A stretch of 64,000 nt of DNA, taken from NCBI GenBank assembly GCA_963727625.1, contig CAVSHR010000003.1, positions 160,001-224,000 on the forward strand, written 5' to 3'. This document shows positions 1 to 10,577 of the stretch, piece after piece (positions within the stretch are counted from its first letter, which is position 1; every line of letters begins with the position of its first letter). The notes under the pieces are model-generated. The model was not told the origin of the DNA. It was given only the letters and a program-made list of their open reading frames with translations, and did no database searches. This DNA is from an uncultured delta proteobacterium. GTDB taxonomy: Bacteria > Desulfobacterota > Binatia > UBA9968. The position numbers were made by a program, and so were the translations under genes.

Positions 1-1059
1 GCGCTTTTGATCGCTCGGTGAAATGCGATTGCCGAAAATTGAAGAAGCGAAGCCGCACTGCGGGCTCAGTCCTAGCCGGTCTTTTGAAATGTACCGGGTG
101 GCTTCGGTGATGCGTTCCGTCAACACTTCGATCGATTCCAAATCCGGTTTTTTCGTCGTTACCAGTCCTAAGACGACAAATTTTTCGCTCGGCACATCCC
201 GCAACGGCTCGAATGACCCGGAGCGAGCATCGTCGTATTCCAACAGCAGCCGCTGGGCTTGAATGCCGCGGAACAAGTTGCGGCTGATCGCTTCATAACC
301 CCCTTGTGACAGCCACCGGCTGCCCTGGTTGCCGCGTCAAATGTGAAACCCGAAGGTGACATCATTAAAGCCCTTGATTACGGCGTTGTCGAGTTCGATG
401 CCGAGGGAAAGCCATTTTTCCAAACTCCAGCCGAGTCCTTCATAGAAGGCGCGGGTGCTAGGATCGACCAGCAACCCGTAATGCGGCGCATCGATCTGAA
501 TGTATGCTGCGCCGAGGCGATTCAATTCCGCGACCTCATCGCGCAAGATTTTTACAATATCGGCGAGAAAGCCGTCGAGCGTCGGATAGGCAGCGGAAGA
601 ATATTTCGGCGACCAAAAATTGGCCCATAAACTGGGACTCGGAAGCGTCACTTTCGGAATTTTCCCGGTTTTGCTCTTGAGGTAAGAAAATTCAGACGCC
701 GAGAGAAAACGAAGGCGATTCAGTTTGGCGACGGCGCCGAGGCGGCGCGGCCGTCGAGTCTTGTGCACGCCCCCGTCGTCGCGCCAATCGCCCCACAGAA
801 AAGCGTCGAGATTGAATCGGCCGAAGCCGCTCACCGCGGCGGTCATTTGAGTTTGAAACGACTGGCGGCGCATCTCGCCGTCGGTGACGATTTCCAGGCC
901 GATACTTTCTTGCAAAGCGATGGCCTCGTCGACGGCGCGGTCTTCTATGACTTTGAACTGAGCAGCCGTTATGACTTCGGCAGCAAGTTGCTTTTGAGCC
1001 TCCAGCAGTTCGGCCGGGCGAAGTAAGCTGCCGACAACGTCGGTATGAGTGGTAATCAC
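1..1059 (-). CDS. Cobalamin-independent methionine synthase II (MetE C-terminal-like) family protein, probable selenoprotein (UGA at 337-339); runs off the window start
   Basis: N-term DVVGSLLRP, TDGEMRR, IQIDAP. The ORF track stops at GFHI-TGA, but the same frame continues open to base 1 as RGNQGSRW...LLLEYDDARSGSFEPL...VVLGLVTTK...LSPQCGFASS. TGA replaces the Cys of the HxCRGN Zn motif. Confidence 0.9.
308..324 (-). promoter_or_regulatory. Candidate bacterial SECIS hairpin
   Basis: Minus strand GGCAGCC-GGT-GGCTGTC: 7-bp stem with a G-starting apical loop 19 nt after the in-frame UGA. Confidence 0.65.
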
Positions 1060-1182
1060 AGCACTTTCCCAGCCGTAAAAACCGTCGCGGTGATTCGCCC
1101 TGAATTCACGCGGACCAGAAAATTGTTACAGAAGGTTTTGCTCTTCGAAATTCGCTAGAGGCCGATTGCTATTTCGCTCGGC

Positions 1183-2319
1183 TCAAAATCCCGACAAGCG
1201 ATAAAACGTCGCCGGGTTCGATTCCAAAATTCTAATTTTAGCCGCATCGCTGATATCGGTTCTGTCACGCAGCATTTTCTCAGCGAAACGCTCCCGGTCG
1301 CCGTGCGGCATGTCCGAGCCGAACAGGATCTGGCCGTGGCCGACCAAATCCAAGACTTGCGGCAACAGCACGTCTTCGACTTCAGCGCTGAAATAGAGAT
1401 TGCCCTTCTTGATATAGTCCATGGGCTCGACCTTCTGGACTGGCGCCGTGCGCGAGACCACGTTGGCGAGATTTTTCCCCGAGTGTTGGTAGCGATGGTG
1501 CAATCTTTCGAGGATGAAGTGCACCCAGAGACAGCCGGCTTCCAAATAGACCACGCGGAGACTCGGGAAGCGATCAAAAATCCCGCCGCTCATCATCGAC
1601 ACCAGGCCCATCAGTACCGGCATGGAGAAGGCGATCACGCCGGACGGATAGATATGGCTGTACAGATTATTGATCGACGGGCAGGCCCAGCCGACGTGAA
1701 CGGCGAGCGGCAAATCAACCTCGGCCACGGCTTCATAAAACGGTAGCAAGCCCGGGTCGTCGAGCAAGCGGTCGCCGGCAGTGCCCAGAATCATCATGCC
1801 CACCGCGCCGAGCTTTTTCGATTCCCTAACTTGTCTGACCGCGGCCGGAATATCGTCGAGATTGACCACGCCGACCCATTTGAGCCGCTCTTGGCCCGAT
1901 AGCACGTCGCCAAGCCAACGGTTGTAGGCGTCGCACATGGCGCTGACGTAAGCCGGATTGCAGCTCAGGGGATAGGCTAGAAATAACGTCGGATAAAGTA
2001 CCTGGAGCCAGATGTTCTCTTCGTCCATGATCGCCAGGCGCTCGCTCAAGTTCGTCAACTCCATGCCGCCGACAGTGTCGGGCTTGCGCCGCGCGTGGCG
2101 CACGGGCTTGCCTTGATAGCTCACCGGCGTGCCGAGGTTGTTGCAGCCGCGGCCGACGCGGCGCGGAAAGAGCTGCTCATCGATCATCCAATAGGCCAAA
2201 CCGTCTTCTGCGCCGCTGACCACCTGGGGGCGCTGGGAGCGAAAGGCGGGAGCGAAATATTTGTCGCTGAATGTTGCCAGGTTTTCTTCGACGTGACCGT
2301 CGGCATCGATGACGCGCAT
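1183..2319 (-). CDS. Amidohydrolase family protein (Amidohydro_2; decarboxylase/hydratase-like)
   Basis: IDADGH metal motif, LAVHVG, YLEAG, FGSDMPH; GGAGGA RBS before MRVIDADGH. Confidence 0.9.
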   Translation of the reverse strand: MRVIDADGHVEENLATFSDKYFAPAFRSQRPQVVSGAEDGLAYWMIDEQLFPRRVGRGCNNLGTPVSYQGKPVRHARRKPDTVGGMELTNLSERLAIMDEENIWLQVLYPTLFLAYPLSCNPAYVSAMCDAYNRWLGDVLSGQERLKWVGVVNLDDIPAAVRQVRESKKLGAVGMMILGTAGDRLLDDPGLLPFYEAVAEVDLPLAVHVGWACPSINNLYSHIYPSGVIAFSMPVLMGLVSMMSGGIFDRFPSLRVVYLEAGCLWVHFILERLHHRYQHSGKNLANVVSRTAPVQKVEPMDYIKKGNLYFSAEVEDVLLPQVLDLVGHGQILFGSDMPHGDRERFAEKMLRDRTDISDAAKIRILESNPATFYRLSGF

Positions 2320-2387
2320 GAACAATTCCTCCAGTCGAGTGCTCAGGTTCTTATAACAAGCCTGCTTTGCGCCATTCAACCCGCGTT

Positions 2388-2527
2388 TTGAATGGAATCC
2401 GGCTCAAGGGAAGCAACGCCGTCTCCGACGATTCGCACGACGACTCTCCGGAGGTGGAGACTATTTCGATGACGCCTACGGAGGCCAAACGCAGGCGAAA
2501 TCAGCGTTGCTCAGTGGGATCGTTCAA
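2388..2527. repeat. Nested palindromic intergenic element (REP/MITE-like or structured RNA)
   Basis: Nested inverted repeats TTGAATG/CGTTCAA, AGCAACGC/GCGTTGCT, GTCTCC/GGAGAC and CGCCTACG/CGCAGGCG between two co-oriented genes. Confidence 0.5.
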
Positions 2528-2589
2528 TCGTGCTCCGCGAGTTTAACATGAGGCGGAAATGGAATTTCAAGCAAGCCAATTTGCGCGGC

Positions 2590-3594
2590 TTACGGCCAGC
2601 CGTAAAAGCGCTTGGCGTTTTCACCCAAAATTTTTGCTTTGGCTTGTTCGGAAATGTCCTTGCGCTCGCGGATGGTGGCGGTGACGAAGGGAAACATTCC
2701 GTCCCAGTGGGGGTAGTCGGAAGCGAAAAGGATTTTGTCGTCGCCGATACGGTCGATGACATAGGGCACCGTTTCTTCTTCGGGCTCCATGGCAAAGAAC
2801 CAGTTGCCATGCTTGATATACTCGCTCGGTTTGCTTTTACAGAGCGGCGCTTCGGCTTTGCCGCGCTTCTCCCACTCTTCGTCCATCCGTTCCGTCCAGT
2901 AGGGCACCCAGCCGACGCCGCATTCGAGAAAAGCGATGCGCAGTTTGGGAAAACGCTCCGCGACCCCGCCATACATCAAGCCGGCAAATTGGATAAATGT
3001 CTCCACGGGACGACCGATGGTGTGCATGAAGATAAAGCTGTCGAAGCGGATTTCACCCGCCGGTCCCTCGCGCCGGTTATGCACGCAGAACGGCACGTCG
3101 AGGCGCTCAAGCTCTTCATAGAGCGGCCAGAAGGTTTTCGAGCCCAAGTGTTCTTTCATGCCTTGCGTAGCCACGGCGATCGAAGCCAAGCCGAGCTTGG
3201 TGACGGCGCGGTTGGCTTCTTCAACCGCCGCTTTCGGGTCTTGCAGCGGCACTAGAGCAACTGCCTTGAGCCGCGGACTTTGGCTGCACACTTCGGCGAT
3301 GAAATCGTTGTAAGCGCGCGCGTAGGCGACCGCGTAGTCGTGTTCGAGCATGCCGTTGACGGCAAAACTGCTGGTGGGAAACAGGACGGAAACATCGATC
3401 TTTTCTTTGTCCATGTCCCGGAGGCGAGTGGGCAGATCGTTTTTCTCCAAGCCACCCAATAATCCCCCCATGTTGGTATCCATGCCGTCGGACGGCAACA
3501 GTCCGCCGGTGCGTTTTGAATACGGTTCTGGCAGGCGTTTACGTATATCGGTATCTTTTTCGACGATGTGGCCGTCGGCATCGATCGTGTTCAT
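2590..3594 (-). CDS. Amidohydrolase family protein (Amidohydro_2)
   Basis: IDADGH, FCVH, FLECGVGW, FASDYPHWD motifs. Confidence 0.9.
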   Translation of the reverse strand: MNTIDADGHIVEKDTDIRKRLPEPYSKRTGGLLPSDGMDTNMGGLLGGLEKNDLPTRLRDMDKEKIDVSVLFPTSSFAVNGMLEHDYAVAYARAYNDFIAEVCSQSPRLKAVALVPLQDPKAAVEEANRAVTKLGLASIAVATQGMKEHLGSKTFWPLYEELERLDVPFCVHNRREGPAGEIRFDSFIFMHTIGRPVETFIQFAGLMYGGVAERFPKLRIAFLECGVGWVPYWTERMDEEWEKRGKAEAPLCKSKPSEYIKHGNWFFAMEPEEETVPYVIDRIGDDKILFASDYPHWDGMFPFVTATIRERKDISEQAKAKILGENAKRFYGWP

Positions 3595-3723
3595 GGCGCT
3601 TCCTCCGCAGTGATAGTCGTCGAAGAAATCTTCGACGGCCCGGAGCTTAGTCGGAGGACCGTGCCGCTGTCAACGCTAAAACCGTAGAATAAATTTCGAA
3701 TGTAAATCGGGAAAGGGCTAAGC

Positions 3724-4044
3724 TTAGCGCCGCCTTGAGCCGGTGGACGCAGTGGGGATTTGATTTGACGCAAGCTCTTGCGCCTCTTCTTCACTCAAGG
3801 TGCGGGTCTTTTCGACCTCCGCTTCGCGCGCCACCAACACGCGCACTTGTCCCTGCGCCATCGGCTTGGCGTAGGTCTTGATCAGCCAGACTTTGCCGGT
3901 GAAGCGGTTGATTTTATAGGCGGCGTCGACCGGCCCGCTCGGCGGAGTGACTGTGTACACTCCGCCGAGCAAGAAGGCGGCTAGCAACAAGATTGCCGCG
4001 CCAGCGCCGGCCCAAAGAAACCTTTTCATCGCGGCTGAATTCAT
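3724..4044 (-). CDS. Small membrane-anchored hypothetical protein
   Basis: GAAGGGAG RBS before MNSAAMKRFLWAGAGAAILLLAAFLLGG (hydrophobic helix); co-oriented with neighbours. Confidence 0.65.
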   Translation of the reverse strand: MNSAAMKRFLWAGAGAAILLLAAFLLGGVYTVTPPSGPVDAAYKINRFTGKVWLIKTYAKPMAQGQVRVLVAREAEVEKTRTLSEEEAQELASNQIPTASTGSRRR

Positions 4045-4081
4045 TGGCGCTCCCTTCGCCGGCCCGACGGTCGCGGGCAAG

Positions 4082-4438
4082 TTAGTATTCACTGCGCTGG
4101 CGCTGTAACCGCTGAATCTCCTGCTGGTTGCGGTTAATCTCGGTTTGATTGCGGTAGAGCTGCTGCTGTTGCTGATAGTTGGTATTTTCCTGACCCTGCA
4201 ACTGATCCCCGACCAAGGCGCCGGCGCCAAGACCGAGCGCACCACCGATCGCCGCCCCCGCGCCTGGATGCCCAACTGCCGCGCCGACGATGCCGCCGGC
4301 CGCCGCCCCGCCAAGCGCGCCGATGCCGGCCCCCTTTTCTCGCGTGCTGAGCGGTCCGCCCGCGCAGCCGGTCAGCAAAAGCGTTCCAGCAACAAACGTC
4401 ACTGCCGTGGCATTAAGAATTTTCTCACTGGCAAACAT
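4082..4438 (-). CDS. Glycine-zipper lipoprotein
   Basis: Lipobox LTGC, GxxxG zipper GAGIGALGGAAAGGIVGAAVG, Gln-rich coiled-coil tail; GGAGGAG RBS. Confidence 0.85.
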   Translation of the reverse strand: MFASEKILNATAVTFVAGTLLLTGCAGGPLSTREKGAGIGALGGAAAGGIVGAAVGHPGAGAAIGGALGLGAGALVGDQLQGQENTNYQQQQQLYRNQTEINRNQQEIQRLQRQRSEY

Positions 4439-4460
4439 AAGCTCCTCCACTTTCCTTCCG

Positions 4461-4766
4461 CTAAAACTTGTTGGGTTTTCCCTCGCCCTTTGCTTTGCCG
4501 TTGTTTTGTTTAACCCGGTCCGCACCGCTTTCTTTTTCGTCGTGCATTTTGTGGCGTTCCTCGGCACGCATCCAGCCCCGCTCGGGATCGGCAGACCATT
4601 GGCTATTGGTATTCAAAGTGCCGTTTTCGCTCCTGTGCGCGGTAGCCTTACCGCCACGCGGTTTTCCGGCGTCTTTGCCGGCGCCTGCGGCCTCGGAGGC
4701 GTTAGACCATAAGACCAGCAGCCCGCTGAGCAGGACTGCAACTAAAACGTTGCCAGACGCTTTCAT
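4461..4766 (-). CDS. Small secreted hypothetical protein
   Basis: Signal peptide MKASGNVLVAVLLSGLLVLWSNASEA; AAAGGGGG RBS. Confidence 0.65.
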   Translation of the reverse strand: MKASGNVLVAVLLSGLLVLWSNASEAAGAGKDAGKPRGGKATAHRSENGTLNTNSQWSADPERGWMRAEERHKMHDEKESGADRVKQNNGKAKGEGKPNKF

Positions 4767-4777
4767 CTCTCCCCCTT

Positions 4778-4981
4778 TCAGGCTTTTGAAGGCTCCCCGC
4801 CGGACTGTGTCGCTTTAATGGAACCAGTCGCGGTCAAGGCTTCGTGCAAGGGTTGCAGTTGAACCTTATTGATATTCTCATTTATGCGCCGGGCCATTTC
4901 GGTTACCAGCCCGAGGATCGCCATGAAATTGCCTGATTTCAGTGACCGTTGCTGACTATTGTCGGATGTTTTTGTTTTCAT
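4778..4981 (-). CDS. Small hypothetical protein, first ORF after a sigma-54 promoter
   Basis: 67-aa ORF with AAAGG RBS; no recognisable domain. Confidence 0.35.
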   Translation of the reverse strand: MKTKTSDNSQQRSLKSGNFMAILGLVTEMARRINENINKVQLQPLHEALTATGSIKATQSGGEPSKA

Positions 4982-5017
4982 AACTTTGCCTTTCTCGCTT
5001 TCCCGATCACCCTGAAC

Positions 5018-5032
5018 GCAACGCCGATGCCA
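5018..5032 (-). promoter_or_regulatory. Sigma-54 (-24/-12) promoter; IHF-like site at 5051-5063
   Basis: TGGCATCGGCGTTGC has exact GG-N10-GC spacing; TTTCAATCACTTA is one mismatch from WATCAANNNNTTR. Confidence 0.7.
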
Positions 5033-5090
5033 AGCGAACTTATCATGCTATTTCAATCACTTATGACAAATCCGTAGTACTTATCACCAA

Positions 5091-5122
5091 GTAAATATGT
5101 CGGCTAACCGGGAGAAATTACC
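5091..5122. promoter_or_regulatory. Putative upstream activator (enhancer) sequence, copy 1
   Basis: GTAAATATGTCGGCTAACCGGGAGAAATTACC; similar to 5979-6011 and at a similar distance (about 55-60 bp) from a sigma-54 promoter. Confidence 0.5.
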
Positions 5123-5183
5123 GGGCGTGCCAACCGCTGCCGCAACCGCACCACCGGCGGGATCTACGAGTGGGCTGGGAAAA

Positions 5184-5885
5184 CTATCTGAGGGCACGTA
5201 GTGCTTGGATACGTTCTGAAGTCGCGGGGTGAGTTGAAAGGATGCCGCCACCGGTGTCGCCGTTGCGGCGCACGAGCCAGGTCAAGGTGTCGATCATAGT
5301 CTTTTTTGAATAGCCGGCTCGTTGCAAAAGAGTGACTGCGTGTCGGTCGGCTTCAAGCTCGAGCGGACGGGTGTAACTGTTGCTGATCAATGTGCCGGCA
5401 ATCGGGGTTACCGAACTGCTGCCGGGAATAAGTTCTTCCAACAACGCAACTCCCATGCTAACGCCGGTGCCGATGATCTGTGCCTTGGCAGGATGACCGA
5501 GATCCTCATGAGCGATCTCATGGGCGAGCACGCCGCGCAGTTGCTCATCGTTGGCGCGATGCAACAGGCCGGAGGTGACGTAGTAATGGCCGTTACCCGC
5601 GCTCGCGGCATTAATCGCCGGATCATCGACGATGGACAAGCGGACCTCCTCACGCGCTAGGCGCTGATCTGTGACGCGCAGTAGCGGCAGCATGACCGAG
5701 CGCAGCCGGGCCGTCTGTTGTTCCGCGCGGGCCGAAGAGTAGTCGCGCCGATCTTCCCGCTCATTGCGAAATGCGCCGGCTTGGGACGCGGCGCTGAGAA
5801 AAAACACGGCGGTTAAAAAGACCAGCCACCGGGTCGGTTGGTTCATCGTCATAGCCTCTGACTTGGCGCTTGTAAGGGTGGACAT
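5184..5885 (-). CDS. M48 family zinc metallopeptidase (exported)
   Basis: INAASAG, VLAHEIAH, ELEAD, STHPATSERI motifs; signal peptide. Confidence 0.9.
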   Translation of the reverse strand: MSTLTSAKSEAMTMNQPTRWLVFLTAVFFLSAASQAGAFRNEREDRRDYSSARAEQQTARLRSVMLPLLRVTDQRLAREEVRLSIVDDPAINAASAGNGHYYVTSGLLHRANDEQLRGVLAHEIAHEDLGHPAKAQIIGTGVSMGVALLEELIPGSSSVTPIAGTLISNSYTRPLELEADRHAVTLLQRAGYSKKTMIDTLTWLVRRNGDTGGGILSTHPATSERIQALRALR

Positions 5886-5910
5886 AATTCTATCCAGAAT
5901 TTAAATTAGA

Positions 5911-5925
5911 GCAATGCCCATGCCA
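5911..5925 (-). promoter_or_regulatory. Sigma-54 promoter of the M48 peptidase
   Basis: TGGCATGGGCATTGC. Confidence 0.7.
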
Positions 5926-5978
5926 CCGAACAGTCCCGGTAATGACGAGAGTTGCGCGAAGATGGCCGTCGCCGGCCG

Positions 5979-6006
5979 GGAATAAATGTTCGGCGCCGGG
6001 GAAAAA

Positions 6007-6011
<5 letters not shown>
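5979..6011. promoter_or_regulatory. Putative upstream activator sequence, copy 2
   Basis: GGAATAAATGTTCGGCGCCGGGGAAAAATTACT; overlaps the response regulator stop codon. Confidence 0.45.
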
Positions 6012-7362
<1,351 letters not shown>

Positions 7363-8898
7363 TTATTGTATCGCCTCCAGGGGCAGCGTGATTCGGAAAG
7401 TCGCGCCGTTCCCGTCACCGTTACGATCATGATAGACCAGCGAGCCGCCATGGGATTCGACAATCAACTGGCTGAGCGGCAAGCCGATTCCGCTGCCGCC
7501 GACTTTAGTGGTTTTGCCGAATTCAAACAATTCCGCGCGCCGTTCAGGCGGCACGCCCGGGCCCGCGTCGCTGATTTCGACGACCAACTCCCGGTCGTTG
7601 TAATTGGCCGACACGTGAATTTCGCCGCCGTCGGGCTGCGCTTCCATGGCGTTGCGCAACAAGTTATCAAAGCTCTGACGCAGCCGGGTCGCATCCCCCT
7701 GGATTGGCCATGGTCCGGGCGCGAGCGTGGCCGCAAGCTTGATCTTTTTTACCGCGCAGGCCGAGCCCGCCGCCTCCAAGCTCTTGCCCAGTACTTCGCC
7801 GACATCGATCGGTTTTTTTTCCATCGCCACCGGCGCCGAGTAGTCGGTAAAGTCGCGCACCAAGCGATCGACTTGACGTATGCTCGAATCCAGCGCCGAA
7901 AGCGAGCGGCGTGATTGCGCGTCGTTATCATCTTCGGCGCTGACCTTGTTGCGCAGCACCTCGAGATGAATCGTTAGCGCGTTGAGCGGGGTTTTCACCT
8001 CGTGAGCGAGAGTTCGCGCGGCGATCGCCAGGCGCTGCACCGGCGCCGGCACACCGACGATTTTGCGCTGCTTCATCACCAAGCGGTCGATCAAATCCAG
8101 GCTCGCGCCAACTTCGTCGTCGCTGGCGTAGGTGGGGCGAGCGGCGTAGGTGCCTGCTTCGGCCTGGCGCAGGGTATCGCTGATCAGGCGAAAGCGGCGG
8201 GTGTAGAGCGCGGTGGTGACGAAAGCGCTGAGCAGCGCCACGACTCCGCCGAGGATGAAGAGCAAAATAAACTGGTGCCATAGCCCCGACAAGAGTCCGG
8301 TCCAATCGGCCGGATTAATCCAAAGTCGCAGGCCTCCCGGGCTGCTCACGCCGGCGGGCATTTGTAAGGGAACCCAAATGTCGTAGTATGGGATATTGCC
8401 TTGGCGTTTGGCGTTGACGACCGTCTCCCCAGCGCGCAATTTGTCGAGCAGGGTTTCACTAACGAGCGTTCGGTCCCGATCCCCTTCCACCGAGCTGTAG
8501 AGCAATTTCCCTTCCGCGTTGACCACCCACATGGCTGCGATGCTCGCGCTGCGATCGAGAAACGCCTGTATCAGCCCTTTCACTTCGGCCTGGCGCGGCG
8601 GAGTATAGCGCAGGGGCCTGCTCGACGAGCTTCCGGTGCTTTTTCCAGGTAAAAGATTGCCTAGAAAATCCCAAAAAGACGAAGATCGTTGTCCTTGCCG
8701 GGGCTGGACGACAATCGAGCGCTCGCGCAAACTGTCGGCCAGGGCGATTTCTACTTGCCGCGCCATTAACAACGCGGTCTGGAGCGTCGCCTCAGTAGTG
8801 AGGCGCTGGGCGATCAGCCAGATGCCCGCGCCGAGAATGCTGAAAATTACCACGACCGTGCCGCAAAAAACCGCGATTTGTTGCTGGCGTAGACTCAT
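7363..8898 (-). CDS. Membrane sensor histidine kinase
   Basis: Two TM helices, H-box LAHEVKTPL, N-box NLLRNAMEA, DAGPG, GSGIGL; abuts the response regulator. Confidence 0.93.
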   Translation of the reverse strand: MSLRQQQIAVFCGTVVVIFSILGAGIWLIAQRLTTEATLQTALLMARQVEIALADSLRERSIVVQPRQGQRSSSFWDFLGNLLPGKSTGSSSSRPLRYTPPRQAEVKGLIQAFLDRSASIAAMWVVNAEGKLLYSSVEGDRDRTLVSETLLDKLRAGETVVNAKRQGNIPYYDIWVPLQMPAGVSSPGGLRLWINPADWTGLLSGLWHQFILLFILGGVVALLSAFVTTALYTRRFRLISDTLRQAEAGTYAARPTYASDDEVGASLDLIDRLVMKQRKIVGVPAPVQRLAIAARTLAHEVKTPLNALTIHLEVLRNKVSAEDDNDAQSRRSLSALDSSIRQVDRLVRDFTDYSAPVAMEKKPIDVGEVLGKSLEAAGSACAVKKIKLAATLAPGPWPIQGDATRLRQSFDNLLRNAMEAQPDGGEIHVSANYNDRELVVEISDAGPGVPPERRAELFEFGKTTKVGGSGIGLPLSQLIVESHGGSLVYHDRNGDGNGATFRITLPLEAIQ

Positions 8899-9002
8899 CC
8901 GGCGATAAGGATAGCAGATCGGGCAAAGCCAGCAAAGTTTCTTGTTTGTGCCAAACAGGTTCGCCTTGCGCCCCCTAGCCCTTTATTGCATATTGAAGTG
9001 TA

Positions 9003-10013
9003 ATGCTCGTCGATATTTTCAAACGCCCGCTCAAGGACCTGCGCATCTCAGTGACTGACCGGTGCAATTTCCGTTGCACCTATTGCATGCCGTTGGATGA
9101 GTACGAGTGGATCGACAAAAAAGAAATTTTGACCTTCGAGGAGATCACCCGGTTAGCGAAGCTTAGCGTCGAGTTCGGCGTCGAGAAGATTCGCCTGACC
9201 GGTGGCGAGCCACTGGTGAGGAAGGATTTGCCGGTGCTGATTGAAAAGCTTGCCGTGCTCCGAGGATTGGAAGACCTCTGTCTCACGACCAACGGCGCCT
9301 TGCTGAGCGAGCGGATTCAGGCGCTTAAGGCAGCCGGCCTGCAGCGCATCAACATCAGCATCGACAGCCTGGACCCCGACAAGTTCAGGCGCATGACCAA
9401 GCGCGGTGATCTCAACAAAGTGCTGGACGGGATCTTCGCGGCTAAGCAGGCAGGCCTGGCACCGATCAAGCTAAACGCTGTAGTCGAGCGCGGCGTCAAC
9501 GACGATGACATCATTCCGCTGGTCGAGTTTGCCCGGGAACATGGCTTTGCCATGCGCTTCATCGAGTACATGGACGTCGGCAACGCCAACAATTGGACTT
9601 CGGCGAAGCTGGTGCCGAAAACGGAAATCATCGAAAAGATTCACGCGCGCTATCCGCTCAGAGAAATGGGCCGGGATCAGGGTAGCGCACCGTCGGTGGA
9701 TTATGAATTCGTCGACGGACGCGGCGACATCGGCGTGATCGCGTCGGTGACCGAGCCTTTTTGCGGCAGCTGCACGCGCTTGCGTCTAACCGCGGACGGA
9801 AAATTTGTCACCTGCCTGTTCTCCCAGGTGGGACACGACGTCAAAGCCTTGCTACGGGGCGGTGCTACCGATGGCGAGATCAGAACCTTTCTCGCTTCGA
9901 TCTGGCAGAACAGGACGGACCGATATTCCGTCGAACGCCTGGAAGCGATGAAATCGGCTAACTACGACCCCAAGAGCCACCGCAAGATCGAAATGATCTC
10001 GCTAGGCGGTTAA
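9003..10013 (+). CDS. moaA: GTP 3',8-cyclase (molybdenum cofactor biosynthesis)
   Basis: LRISVTDRCNFRCTYCMP, RLTGGEP, FCGSCTRLRLTADG...CLF, C-terminal GG. Confidence 0.97.
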   Translation: MLVDIFKRPLKDLRISVTDRCNFRCTYCMPLDEYEWIDKKEILTFEEITRLAKLSVEFGVEKIRLTGGEPLVRKDLPVLIEKLAVLRGLEDLCLTTNGALLSERIQALKAAGLQRINISIDSLDPDKFRRMTKRGDLNKVLDGIFAAKQAGLAPIKLNAVVERGVNDDDIIPLVEFAREHGFAMRFIEYMDVGNANNWTSAKLVPKTEIIEKIHARYPLREMGRDQGSAPSVDYEFVDGRGDIGVIASVTEPFCGSCTRLRLTADGKFVTCLFSQVGHDVKALLRGGATDGEIRTFLASIWQNRTDRYSVERLEAMKSANYDPKSHRKIEMISLGG

Positions 10014-10033
10014 TTCGATCAGGTTTTTTTCCG

Positions 10034-10318
10034 CTAATCTTTCGGCAGCAAGCCGCGGCGCTCCAGACTCGCACGCTCCTCCGGGGTCAAGCGCGGGATG
10101 GTAACGTAGCCACGGTTTTCGTAGACGCGGGCACAACTATCCATAAAGCTTTCGCTAAAAAGAGGTCCGATGCCGACACTTGAACCGCTGCACTCTGCGG
10201 TAGCGCCGGTCTGCGGCTGAATCATTTTTATGGTTTGACTCGCACAGGCAGAAATCGCGAGCAAGCTAAGGGCAAAAACAATCCGTTCGGTGTAAGCGTG
10301 CAACTTTGGGTCTTTCAT
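10034..10318 (-). CDS. Small lipoprotein
   Basis: Lipobox ISAC after a hydrophobic stretch; two further Cys; GAGGAAG RBS. Confidence 0.65.
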   Translation of the reverse strand: MKDPKLHAYTERIVFALSLLAISACASQTIKMIQPQTGATAECSGSSVGIGPLFSESFMDSCARVYENRGYVTIPRLTPEERASLERRGLLPKD

Positions 10319-10473
10319 TTGCCAGGCTTCCTCGTGAGCGAACTTGCGCGGCCCTCTGCAAATGACTAATACCATTTAGGCGCACGATTTAGAACCCCGC
10401 TAACGCGCCGGCGAGGATCGCTGAGCGCCATCGATAGGAATAGCTAGAGTCAACAATTGTCCAGAGGGCGGGA

Positions 10474-10536
10474 ATGTTACTCAAAGACAAGATCGCGCTG
10501 GTCACCGGCTCGACCCACAATATCGGGGCCGATTGA
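10474..10536 (+). pseudogene. N-terminal stub of a short-chain dehydrogenase
   Basis: GAGGG RBS then MLLKDKIALVTGSTHNIGAD-stop: the SDR beta1/Gly-rich start, truncated. Confidence 0.6.
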
Positions 10537-10577
10537 GTGCGTATCCGCAACGCCCCCTCCGCCAAAGTGAACAATCG

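Noticed and set aside
8936-8956. TGGCAC upstream of the histidine kinase as a sigma-54 promoter
   Set aside because: The TTGC element is not at the required spacing.
10534-10536. TGA readthrough of the SDR stub
   Set aside because: The downstream frame has no SDR similarity and the position is not a Cys site.
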